Origin: an uncultured Thermococci archaeon
GTDB lineage: Archaea; Methanobacteriota_B; Thermococci; Methanofastidiosales; B48-G16
Assembly: GCA_964595645.1 (NCBI GenBank)
Contig: CAZQQT010000001.1
Span: 160,001 to 224,000, forward strand
Direction of reading: 5' to 3'
DNA length: 64,000 bases
Positions 19,000 to 28,272 of this stretch are shown here, piece by piece. Position 1 is the stretch's first letter. Each line of letters opens with the position of its first letter. A program made the translations under genes and the position numbers. The notes under the pieces were generated by a model. The model was not told the DNA's origin. It did not search any database and worked only from the letters and a program-made list of their open reading frames with translations.

Positions 19000-19586
19000 T
19001 TCGCGAGCATATCTCCACCGGAATGGATTCTAACGTGTTCGTGATAGATAATTCTAAAATTATTCTCATCGACGCGGGTACAGGAAGGAACAAATCGCTC
19101 ATCGACTTCATTGCTTCCTTTGAGATTGATCTTCTCATCAACACACACTGCCACATCGATCATGTAGGTGGTGATCCCAAGGACGTCCCCGTTGCCATAG
19201 GTGCCCACGATGCCGATGATCTTGAGAAAGGAACAAAAAAGACATTATACCACTTTGGTGTTTCTGCGTTTGATGGAGTTCCGGTGTCGAAACGGTTAAA
19301 AGAAGGAGACACGATAGAGACTGACGACTACCGACTGGAAGTTCTTCACACACCGGGACACACGAACGGCAGTATCTGTCTTTATGACGAAGCCAAAAAG
19401 ATCTTATTTTCCGGTGACACACTATTTGTGGATGGAATCGGAAGAACGGATTTCCCCTCGGGGAGCAGGAGTGATCTGAAGGACTCGTTGGAACGGCTGG
19501 CTGATCTGGAGATCGAGAAGATATATCCTGGTCATGGAAAAACAGGTGCATGCGATATTACGCGCATACTTAATTTCTGGTTTTGA
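18996..19586 (+). CDS. MBL-fold metallo-hydrolase
   Basis: THCHIDHVGG, HTPGH, FSGD, PGHG. Confidence 0.9.
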   Translation: MIREHISTGMDSNVFVIDNSKIILIDAGTGRNKSLIDFIASFEIDLLINTHCHIDHVGGDPKDVPVAIGAHDADDLEKGTKKTLYHFGVSAFDGVPVSKRLKEGDTIETDDYRLEVLHTPGHTNGSICLYDEAKKILFSGDTLFVDGIGRTDFPSGSRSDLKDSLERLADLEIEKIYPGHGKTGACDITRILNFWF

Positions 19587-19595
19587 GGTGTAACG

Positions 19596-21188
19596 ATGGA
19601 AAAGATATTCTGGTGTGACACACTGGTGGATGAAATTTTAGAGAGAGAGGATCAGTTAGAGGAAAAATCAGAGGAGTTTATCACAGAAAGTGGACTTGGT
19701 GCCTCCGGGATACCGCACATCGGGTCTGCAGGTGACGGTATTAGGGCGTATATGGTATACCTTGCACTCAAGGATAGGGAACTTAACGCCAACTACTACG
19801 CTGTCTCTGATGATAGAGATGGACTTCGAAAGGTACCCATTGGATTTCCAAAGGAGCTGGAGAAAGAGATAGGACGCCCCGTATCGCACATTGAAGATCC
19901 CTTTGGATGTCACGATTCCTATGGAGCGCATATGTCATCCCTTCTTATCGATGCGCTGGAGAAAGTGGGCGTCGAGTTTGAGTTTGTCTCCTCCGATAAG
20001 ATTTACGAGGAAGGAGTACTTGATACAGAGATTAAAGAAATTTTGGGGAACTATAAGCAAGCTGGAGAGATTATTAAGAGAGTGACAGATCAGGAGAAGT
20101 ACACTGAAGAGTACCCCTTTTTTGTTATCTGCGAGAACTGTGGAAGGATCTATACCACCCGTGTGACGGCGTTCCATGGAGATACCGTTGAATATGTCTG
20201 CGATGAGAGTTTCCTCGGGAAAAACTCGGAAACAGGGGAGGAAATCCCCGTAGAAGGCTGCGGTCACGAAGGAGAGGCCTCAATACGGAACGGGAAACTC
20301 CAGTGGAAGGTGGAGTTTGCTGCTCGATGGAGGGCGTTAAAGGTGAACTTCGAGGCCTTCGGGAAGGATATATTGGATTCTGTGAGGGTAAATGATGCAA
20401 TTTCTCGGGAGATACTGAATTTCGAACCTCCTGTTCACGCACTGTACGAGCTTTTCGTCGAGAAAGGAGGAGAAAGGATCTCCAAGAGTAAGGGGAACGT
20501 ATTCACTCCCCAAGTATGGCTGAAGTACGGTTCACCGGAGTCCATGCGACTCTTGATGCTGAAGCGGTTGAACTACACACGTGTAGTGAACCCTCAAGAG
20601 ATTCCGAAACTTATGGAGGAGGTGGATTACCTCGCCAATGTGTACTTTGGAGAGGAAGAGATCCAGAATGAGAGGGAACGATCCCATCTGACACGGCTGT
20701 ACGAGTACGTTCACCGTCTCAATCCACCCGATGAGAAACCACTCACCCTCTCGTACTCAACGCTCAGTAATATCTGCAGTGTGTTGCCACGGGAAGTAAA
20801 AAGTCGATATGATATAATTAAAGGTATTCTTCAGCGAACAGGGCTCCTTCCAAAGGATTTTGATGAGTCAGTGTTGCAGGAGAGAATAGAGTATGCAACG
20901 ACCTTTGTAGAAGACGTTGGAGAAGGTGAAAGGGAAAAAGTGCAGCTGGAACCCGAGGAAAAAAACGCTCTGGATGCATTCAGTGAGAAACTGAAGAGGG
21001 ATATGAAGGAGGAAGATGTGCAGACGCTCATATTCGAGACAGCAAAGGAACATGGAATACGTCCCGGGAATTTTTTCAAAGCCATCTATAAGGTAATTCT
21101 TGGTGTGGACCAAGGACCAAGGGCCGGCCCACTGATAAAAACTATTGGTGTGAAGCGAGTGAAGGAGTTAATCTCCAAGCATTCGTAA
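19596..21188 (+). CDS. lysS: Lysine--tRNA ligase, class I
   Basis: SGIPHIGS (HIGH-like), ISKSKGN, QGPRAG. Confidence 0.95.
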   Translation: MEKIFWCDTLVDEILEREDQLEEKSEEFITESGLGASGIPHIGSAGDGIRAYMVYLALKDRELNANYYAVSDDRDGLRKVPIGFPKELEKEIGRPVSHIEDPFGCHDSYGAHMSSLLIDALEKVGVEFEFVSSDKIYEEGVLDTEIKEILGNYKQAGEIIKRVTDQEKYTEEYPFFVICENCGRIYTTRVTAFHGDTVEYVCDESFLGKNSETGEEIPVEGCGHEGEASIRNGKLQWKVEFAARWRALKVNFEAFGKDILDSVRVNDAISREILNFEPPVHALYELFVEKGGERISKSKGNVFTPQVWLKYGSPESMRLLMLKRLNYTRVVNPQEIPKLMEEVDYLANVYFGEEEIQNERERSHLTRLYEYVHRLNPPDEKPLTLSYSTLSNICSVLPREVKSRYDIIKGILQRTGLLPKDFDESVLQERIEYATTFVEDVGEGEREKVQLEPEEKNALDAFSEKLKRDMKEEDVQTLIFETAKEHGIRPGNFFKAIYKVILGVDQGPRAGPLIKTIGVKRVKELISKHS

Positions 21189-21248
21189 GGCTGAATAGTT
21201 TCACTGTTCACCCTAAGATTTTTATGTAAAGCTATCGAGACTATAAGT

Positions 21249-22001
21249 ATGGATAGGAGTATTATAGGGTATGTAGCGTTAATTGTGTCTATAGTGTACT
21301 ACTCGATTCTTGCATCATTTATTGGCCAAGGTCTTTTTTCTCAAGCGAGCTTGGTGGAGCGATACGTCGTCGTCACTACATTATTTTTGATGATATTTTT
21401 CAATATATTCATCGGAAGCTACGTGCTTGGTGTAGAATCACAAGCTCAGAAGGGAGAGATAAGAGATCAGTTCTATAAACTTGAGCGATCTGAAGCAATC
21501 GACGAGATTATCTCTCATAAATTAAACAATCTCAACCAAGTTGCGTTAGGCTATCTTAACATGTTAGAGGAAGAAGAGATAACCGATAAAGGAAGAGATT
21601 ATTTAAAACGAGCCATCACCACTATTAGAAAGAGTGGAAGCACAATAGAGACGCTTAAACGGACAAAAAATATGGATAACTATGAGAAAGAAGAGATTGA
21701 GGTGAGTGAGATCCTTTCAGAGCTGGAAGATAAGTACAAAACAAGGAAGGAAATGAGTATAGATATCGATGGGAAATTTGTAGTGAGAACAACCCCACTG
21801 ATCTCCGATCTTCTCGAAGTAATCTTTTCTTCCGGCAGTAATTTACAGGTCCGTTCCCGTGAAGACATGAGGAATAAGTACCTAGTATTCAGAGGAGTTG
21901 GGGGGGACATGGATATCTCTCTCGCAAAAATGATTATCGAAGACTACGGTGATGTGATGATAGACGAAGAAGGCATCACCCTTCGATTTCCTAAGAGGTA
22001 G
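21249..22001 (+). CDS. Membrane histidine-kinase-like protein with degenerate ATPase domain
   Basis: Two TM; ISHKLNNLNQVALGYL H-box; N and G boxes absent. Confidence 0.65.
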   Translation: MDRSIIGYVALIVSIVYYSILASFIGQGLFSQASLVERYVVVTTLFLMIFFNIFIGSYVLGVESQAQKGEIRDQFYKLERSEAIDEIISHKLNNLNQVALGYLNMLEEEEITDKGRDYLKRAITTIRKSGSTIETLKRTKNMDNYEKEEIEVSEILSELEDKYKTRKEMSIDIDGKFVVRTTPLISDLLEVIFSSGSNLQVRSREDMRNKYLVFRGVGGDMDISLAKMIIEDYGDVMIDEEGITLRFPKR

Positions 22002-22126
22002 ATACAACGCACGTATAAGAGATCTTGTGTCTAAAGTAGCCTTCCTTGAGGTAGACTTTTCTTAATAGTGTCTGTGAGCATATGAAAACCGAGCAATCTT
22101 CTGATCAGCCATTAGTGAAGCAAGAG

Positions 22127-22199
22127 CGGACCCGGTGGGATTCGAACCCACGAAGACGAGGTCCGAAGCCTCGCGCCTTGTCCACTAGACTACGGGTCC
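22127..22199 (-). tRNA. tRNA-Arg (anticodon TCG)
   Basis: GGACCCG/CGGGTCC acceptor, CGAGG-CT-TCG-GA-CCTCG, GGTTCGAATCC; no intron, CCA not encoded. Confidence 0.95.
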
Positions 22200-23885
22200 T
22201 TAAAACCATTCCTGCAACCGAGAAAGTACCTTCTCTTCATTGGTTATACCCGCTTGTTGAGTGAGCTCCCTATCGGTACCGGCGAGTATCAACACCAGTT
22301 GTTCATCTTCCCACACGTTTGTTTTTATAAACATTGTGGATGTTCCCTCCTCTCTCACCAGATCGATTTCATTTGCGTCCAGTGCAGTCTGGACGATATA
22401 GCCCACTCCATTATATGCATCGGGCCCACCGAGGATCACAAGTATCTTGTCCTCCTGATGTTCTGGGAAATCAGCCGCAGTGATTCTGGTGATACGCACG
22501 TTGTTCATATCGAGGAAGCTAAGAAAATCTTCGGCGAGGTTATAATCGATGTCATTTGCTACAACAGTTATCTGTACAGCGGTAACTTCGTAGGCTCCCA
22601 GATCAACTCCCTTTCCATAGGGTCTCGCCTTCCCCTCAAGGTCTGTTCCCGGTGCGTTTTCGGTCTTCCCAAAATCAATACAGGGCGAATTGATATCGAG
22701 TCTGAAGTTTTCGTTTTCTGCGTCAAGAAATCGAGGATTTTGGAATATATTGTATTCCATCTCGTACTGTTCGACTCCAGTGAAGTATCCGGGGGCAGGA
22801 TTCGGTGAAAAGTTATTGTAGCTTACTTCCACTGTTGATTCTTGGGAATATACAGCGTAATCTCCTCCAATAATGATATTGTTTTGGATCAATACATCTT
22901 GCGAGTTATGTGTCCATATATTTTCTGTGTTTTCGTAGAGTGTGTTATTCACTATTTTTGTGTTATCGCACCCAGAGAGCACAGAGATCCCATGCTTGTT
23001 TCCATAGAGAACATTGTTATAGAGCTTGCAGTTTTTTGACTCATACATTATTCTAATAGCATTTTCATTGGTATTTCTAATAATGTTTGAGTGTATAGTA
23101 TTATTAGGAGAGTTTTGAAGGTATATGCCCTTTTTTCCTCTCACTATTGTGTTCCCGTTGATAGTGGTGCTTTCCATATCTGTTGCCGCTATATGGGTGA
23201 TGTTATCCTGTAGAAAATTGTTTTCTATATATCCTTTTGATTTTTTGAAATTTATTCCTATGTCACAGTTGGTGATAACGGATTTTGAGATGGATATAAA
23301 CTGGGAGAGGGAGATCCCGATGCCAGTTGGCGAGTCGCTAATATTGGAGTTCACGATTGAGGAGTTAGAGACATTTTGGAAGTACACAGCGGATGCGTTG
23401 TGATTGGAGAAGCTCGTACTTTCCACAGAAGTGCTCGTGTTGTCTTCGCTGTGAAGACCGTACTCACAGGCATTCACGGTGCAGTTACGGATGCTCACCC
23501 CTCCGTTTCTTTCTACTTTTATTCCATAGGTACAGTTTTTCACTGTCAGAGAGTAGAGTATGGTACCCCCTGCGGTAATCTTTACGCCTTCAACCGCGTC
23601 TTGAACTGTCATTTTTGATATCTTCACATTTCGAGCCGTGATAGTGATACTTCCGCGTAGGATGGAGGAGTCCCCTTCCAGTGTCAGCCGTTTATTTATC
23701 GTGATGTTTTCTGTGTAAGTTCCCTTTCTGATCTGTATCCTGTCCCCAGATGCAGCGTGTGCGATGGCTTCTCCGATGCTGGGGTAATCGTCGGGTACGG
23801 TGATAACGCTGGCTTTTCCAGTAGGCACAGTACCTGCGAATATCAATAGTAGTATAATAGCAAACCCCAGCATGCAACGTTTCAT
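22200..23885 (-). CDS. Secreted right-handed beta-helix (NosD/pectin-lyase-like) protein with S-layer-like C-terminal domain
   Basis: Signal peptide, VPDDYPSI, N/I-rich repeats, SPCID...DLGAYE, ILGGPDAY. Confidence 0.8.
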   Translation of the reverse strand: MKRCMLGFAIILLLIFAGTVPTGKASVITVPDDYPSIGEAIAHAASGDRIQIRKGTYTENITINKRLTLEGDSSILRGSITITARNVKISKMTVQDAVEGVKITAGGTILYSLTVKNCTYGIKVERNGGVSIRNCTVNACEYGLHSEDNTSTSVESTSFSNHNASAVYFQNVSNSSIVNSNISDSPTGIGISLSQFISISKSVITNCDIGINFKKSKGYIENNFLQDNITHIAATDMESTTINGNTIVRGKKGIYLQNSPNNTIHSNIIRNTNENAIRIMYESKNCKLYNNVLYGNKHGISVLSGCDNTKIVNNTLYENTENIWTHNSQDVLIQNNIIIGGDYAVYSQESTVEVSYNNFSPNPAPGYFTGVEQYEMEYNIFQNPRFLDAENENFRLDINSPCIDFGKTENAPGTDLEGKARPYGKGVDLGAYEVTAVQITVVANDIDYNLAEDFLSFLDMNNVRITRITAADFPEHQEDKILVILGGPDAYNGVGYIVQTALDANEIDLVREEGTSTMFIKTNVWEDEQLVLILAGTDRELTQQAGITNEEKVLSRLQEWF

Positions 23886-24181
23886 TTATCTCACATATAT
23901 TGATACGTAAGCTACATTTATAAATTTAATGTCTGGCTAAGTAGACGTTAGTAAGAGATTCTACTTTATCTAAATAATATGTCCGAAATAACTAATATAC
24001 TATGAGTGTGTTCTTCTTCTATCATTCTCATTTCATTTGGAATCCTAGAAAAGGTGGTCCATACGAATTCTACTAAAGAAAATGAATTAGGTAGAATAAT
24101 GCTTAATGAGAGAAAATAAGTTAACCAAAGGGTTAAATTGGTGTTTGTGTATCTAGACACATTCTTTTTCCTGGTATAGTG

Positions 24182-24370
24182 CTATATCCCACCGCCAAAG
24201 ATGAAGAGTAACACTATCAGTATGATGGGGAATGCCATAAGAAGATATATGTATCGTTTTTGCTTCTTTACTCGATCTCTATAGTCATTTTCGCATTCTT
24301 CCGAACAGAATCGTTCTTCCGATGAGATCGTTTTCCCACATATCACACAGTGTCTATGAGGTTCTACCAT
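24182..24370 (-). CDS. DUF2116-like Zn-ribbon membrane protein
   Basis: PHRHCVICG...FCSEEC then TM helix. Confidence 0.8.
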   Translation of the reverse strand: MVEPHRHCVICGKTISSEERFCSEECENDYRDRVKKQKRYIYLLMAFPIILIVLLFIFGGGI

Positions 24371-24520
24371 GTATGCAGTATACTCAGTACGTTTAAAAGG
24401 TTTGTCATATCGAAGAGAAGAAATAAGATATTTCATTCTATTTCTAGCGCCCTATCACTTTACGAGTTTTTCTTTAGAGAACGAAACCCTTAAATACTAT
24501 ATTCAAGAGTATTCTTTTTA

Positions 24521-25558
24521 ATGAAGGAGAATATGAATATGCTGAAACTTGTATTCTCTGTTCTTGTGATAATAACAGTAGTTTTTATCCTCCTCGTCTC
24601 TCTAACTGTTCAAGGATCCACCGATGTGAGATGGGGACATGTAGGAGCTGAGATTGCTGTTACAGTTTTTGTATTCGGGTGGATACTCCTGTTTAGCTTG
24701 CTCATTAGACGGCGATATGTGGAGAGAAAGGTGTATATGCTCCTTCTCCCTGGATTCTGTCTAATGTACATGGGTGTGCTTCTCAATGTCTTGGATGATT
24801 TTTATGTGTTTAACCTCTTCTGGAGGACGCTGGAAGATGTAACAATAGTAATCAGTACAATTTTGGTCACGCTGGGCGTTTATCTTCATATCAGCGAGCT
24901 ACAACGAACACGTCGGGAAATGGAGTTTTATACCGATGCACTCGCCCGTGATATTGGGGATCTCAGTCAACTTGGACTTACACACCTTCAGATACTTAAG
25001 AGTGCCGATGATGAAGCGACAAAAAAAGAGGGAATAGAGGGTATCAAAAGCACGATACGAAAAACTTCACGTCTCGCAGAAGCTGTAAAAATACTGAAAG
25101 AGATAGAGGACACGAAATTAGAAAAAGTCGATCTCGATGAGTCATTAGAGACATCACTACGGAGAATACGAGAATACTCCAATCGAGAGATTGATGTGAA
25201 TCTCAGCATGGAAAAACGATGTTATGTTAGGGCCAATGAGTTTTTGGATACCATGTTCTTCAATTTTTTTGAACTGATGGTAGAGAAGAGCTCCCATGAT
25301 CCAGTGAAATTGTATATTCAGGTGACAAAGAAGTATGGGCTATGTGTTATTCACATTCACAACTACAGTCTCACTCTTACGTCGGAACGAAAGAAAGAGA
25401 TCCTAGAGACTCTTGAAAATCTCTCTAAAGACACGTACTTGGAACTTTACGTTGCAAAAAGAATTCTCGAACGTTTTCACGGAACCTTTACACTTCATGA
25501 CATGGATGAGGAAACAAGAGTGACTGTAAGCATTCCGCTCACGCCGGATGCGTATTAA
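24521..25558 (+). CDS. Membrane pseudo-histidine kinase
   Basis: Four TM; HisKA-like YTDALARDIGDLSQ without His; HATPase-like region without N/G boxes. Confidence 0.65.
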   Translation: MKENMNMLKLVFSVLVIITVVFILLVSLTVQGSTDVRWGHVGAEIAVTVFVFGWILLFSLLIRRRYVERKVYMLLLPGFCLMYMGVLLNVLDDFYVFNLFWRTLEDVTIVISTILVTLGVYLHISELQRTRREMEFYTDALARDIGDLSQLGLTHLQILKSADDEATKKEGIEGIKSTIRKTSRLAEAVKILKEIEDTKLEKVDLDESLETSLRRIREYSNREIDVNLSMEKRCYVRANEFLDTMFFNFFELMVEKSSHDPVKLYIQVTKKYGLCVIHIHNYSLTLTSERKKEILETLENLSKDTYLELYVAKRILERFHGTFTLHDMDEETRVTVSIPLTPDAY

Positions 25559-25581
25559 TCAGCGTTTCTTTTTTTCTTTCA

Positions 25582-25600
25582 CCGAAAAAATTTATATATA
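25582..25600 (+). promoter_or_regulatory. BRE-TATA promoter
   Basis: ccgaaaaaa-tttatatata. Confidence 0.6.
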
Positions 25601-25643
25601 ATATTCAAATATGAACTGCAGAGTTATTAGAATGGTGATCAAT

Positions 25644-25718
25644 ATGAGAAAAATAAAAGGAGGAATTCTGGCAGTAATTTTTTTCTTTTTCTTATTTAAA
25701 AATTACTCCTTTTTTTAA
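25644..25718 (+). pseudogene. Signal-peptide stub (MRKIKGGILAVIFFFFLFKNYSFF*), relic of a secreted-protein gene
   Basis: First 24 bp identical to the start of the 49102 gene; runs into a T-tract. Confidence 0.5.
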
Positions 25719-25754
25719 AAACACTTTTTAAAATTTGATTAAAGGTTTAAATGC

Positions 25755-26000
25755 AACAATTCCGGTGTGAATGCTACTTTTTCTAAATATTGAGAAAAAT
25801 CTAGTTTTAAATAAGACATATGAGTGGGAGCAGAAAAAGAGACATTAGCTTGCGGAACAAGATCAGTTGCAGTAGCTTCTTCTGCTTACCCCTTCATGTT
25901 ATCGCGAAATCACGGTAAAAACTAAAGGAGAAGATTAAGCATTAGGATCGGATAAAAACTTAGAAAATATTTATTTTCTCAGTGATATCGGTACAGAGTA
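25755..26000 (+). pseudogene. dapF: Diaminopimelate epimerase C-terminal relic (frameshifted)
   Basis: Fragments NSGVNATF, KTYE, AEKETLACGTRSVAVA, EITVKTKG in the expected order. Confidence 0.6.
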
Positions 26001-26108
26001 AAAAAGGACCAATGAACGTTTTTTAAATGAGTCTTTCGAGGAGTGATCTAGATAATTAGTACATAGTATTATCCTACATTAATAAGAAAATTCCACAGTG
26101 GTGATAAG

Positions 26109-27341
26109 ATGTGGCGATGGAATAGTAAATCGAAGATACTTGGCAAATGGGCTATTATTCTCATACTGTTGAGTGCGACACTCGTAGGGTTCATCGCGAG
26201 AATGAGTGTCTCCGTCGCACTCCCTTCCATAACACAGGAATTCAACTGGTCGAGTGTGCAGCAGGGAAGGCTTGGGGGTATCTTGTTGGGGATCTTTCTC
26301 ATAAGTTACGGATTCTCCAATGTTTTTCTTAGTCCATGGATCGATACACTTGGTGCGAAGGTCATGTTAAGTGCAGCTTCGCTGGTAACGGCAATTTCAT
26401 TATTGTTTGCCGGGGCGTTTGGACATATCTACTACTTATTTTTATTCTCTCGAATTTTGTTGGGATTGGCTCAGGGAGTTGTTTTTCCTTCTGCGAGTAA
26501 AGTTACGGCACAATGGTTTCCTATGAAAAAAAGAGCGCAGGCCAATTCCGTTTTTTTGAGCGGCGGACCACTCGGTTCTTTCCTCTCACCACTTATATTA
26601 ACACCGCTTATCACCTCTACCTCGTGGGAGATCGCCTTTTACTTTGTCGGGATTCTAAATTTCTTGGTTGTACTACCTATTCTTTTTTTATTAGATGAAA
26701 ACAAAAATCAAGCAACGAAAAATCCTAAAAACGACAAATTCACCATAAATCACAGTATACGAGAATTACTCGCCAAAAAACAATTTCAAGTGATACTCGT
26801 GACTTTTACCGTGACGTTAGTGATTTGGTGGGGTCTGTCTCTTTGGCTCCCCACGTATCTTGTCGATGTCAAAGGATTCGATTTAAGTGAGATGAAATAT
26901 GGTGCCAGTTTTACCTATCTCGGTGCAGCGTTGGGCATGTATGCAGCTTCCTGGATGAGTGATGTTACAGGCGGGAGGAAAACAGTGATTGTTTCATCAC
27001 TTACATTGACTACAGTCTTGATCCTCTCCCTCACAGTCTTAGATATACAATCCAAAACTGTGGGGTTACTCCTGCTCTTCACGATTTTCTTCGTTAGCAC
27101 AATGCCGTCTCCAGTATTCTTCACGATATTACAGACTAAAGTGCCCAATTCGCTTATAGGGTCTGCCTCAGGGGTCATGAATGGTGTGGGCAATGGAGTT
27201 GGAGTAATAGGTCCTCTATCGGTAGGGTTCGTAGTCTCGTTGACGGGTTCTTACAATTGGGGATTGATTCTCCTAGGCCTAATCGCCCTCACAGGTGGCC
27301 TTCTCTTCAAATGGCTGTACCATGAAGAAGATATTTCTTGA
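26109..27341 (+). CDS. MFS transporter (ACS/sugar-acid-like)
   Basis: About 12 TM; WFPMKKRAQANS, SDVTGGRK. Confidence 0.9.
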   Translation: MWRWNSKSKILGKWAIILILLSATLVGFIARMSVSVALPSITQEFNWSSVQQGRLGGILLGIFLISYGFSNVFLSPWIDTLGAKVMLSAASLVTAISLLFAGAFGHIYYLFLFSRILLGLAQGVVFPSASKVTAQWFPMKKRAQANSVFLSGGPLGSFLSPLILTPLITSTSWEIAFYFVGILNFLVVLPILFLLDENKNQATKNPKNDKFTINHSIRELLAKKQFQVILVTFTVTLVIWWGLSLWLPTYLVDVKGFDLSEMKYGASFTYLGAALGMYAASWMSDVTGGRKTVIVSSLTLTTVLILSLTVLDIQSKTVGLLLLFTIFFVSTMPSPVFFTILQTKVPNSLIGSASGVMNGVGNGVGVIGPLSVGFVVSLTGSYNWGLILLGLIALTGGLLFKWLYHEEDIS

Positions 27342-27442
27342 GAAATTGTTCGAAGGATCTTGCAGTAGAAAGATATGAGATAGTTCTTTAGGGGAGATCC
27401 CTCAGTAATTGTTGTGGATCAGGACTAAAATAGAATTACAAG

Positions 27443-27516
27443 TCCCGACGGCCGGATTTGAACCAGCGATCCGCGGATCTACAGTCCGCTGCCCTTCCAG
27501 ACTAGGCCACGTCGGG
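27443..27516 (-). tRNA. tRNA-Tyr (anticodon GTA)
   Basis: CCCGACG/CGTCGGG-A acceptor with C1-G72, GCGGA-CT-GTA-GA-TCCGC, GGTTCAAATCC; no intron. Confidence 0.95.
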
Positions 27517-27615
27517 TACAGGTGTAGTTTGCAAAATGCATTTATTAAGTTTTCGGTAGAGTTTTTTCCCACTTCATGAGCAGAAATTTAAATGTATTCC
27601 ACTCATTCCATAGTA

Positions 27616-28272
27616 ATGGTCACGAATGAAAATATATCGACAGTATTGAAGACGCTCCATGAGTATCTGATGCAGTTCGAGGATCCGATCGTCACCGAGG
27701 TATCCCGAAAGCGGGATCCTTTTAAGGTACTCATCAGTACGGTGTTGAGCGCACGGACAAAGGACGAGGTAACACGAGAGGCATTTAACCAGCTCATAGA
27801 GAAGGCAGAAACGCCCGAAGAGATCTTAAAACTGGACAACATCGAGGAACTGATATATCCTGTGGGATTCTACAAGACGAAGGCGAAAAACTTAAAGATT
27901 CTCTCCAGACAGTTGCTCGAGGATTTTGATGGTGAGGTACCGGACACATTGGACGATTTGTTAACACTCCGGGGAGTGGGAAGGAAAACAGCGAATCTTG
28001 TACTGGTGTTAGCATTTGACAAGTATGGGGTCTGTGTAGATACCCATGTACACAGGATCAGCAACAGGTGGGGGTACGTGGACACGAAGACCCCGAAACA
28101 AACAGAGTTTGCCTTGAGAGAGAAACTTCCTAAAAAACACTGGAAGGAGTACAACGATCTTCTCGTTACCTTCGGCCAGAATGTCTGCAGACCGATAAAT
28201 CCACAATGCGAGCAATGTCCCATTACGCAGTACTGTCAACACTATCAAGAAAAGAAAAAAGAAAAAGATTAA
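27616..28272 (+). CDS. nth: Endonuclease III
   Basis: HhH LRGVGRKTANL, VDTHV, CRPINPQCEQC. Confidence 0.95.
   Translation: MVTNENISTVLKTLHEYLMQFEDPIVTEVSRKRDPFKVLISTVLSARTKDEVTREAFNQLIEKAETPEEILKLDNIEELIYPVGFYKTKAKNLKILSRQLLEDFDGEVPDTLDDLLTLRGVGRKTANLVLVLAFDKYGVCVDTHVHRISNRWGYVDTKTPKQTEFALREKLPKKHWKEYNDLLVTFGQNVCRPINPQCEQCPITQYCQHYQEKKKEKD

Noticed and set aside
23966-24160. 64-aa minus-strand ORF in an AT-rich intergenic stretch
   Set aside because: No recognisable motif or SD; cannot be supported as a gene.
22200-27442. tRNA-anchored genomic island between tRNA-Tyr and tRNA-Arg
   Set aside because: No integrase and no duplicated tRNA 3' end seen; the region contains a typical core-like DUF2116 gene.
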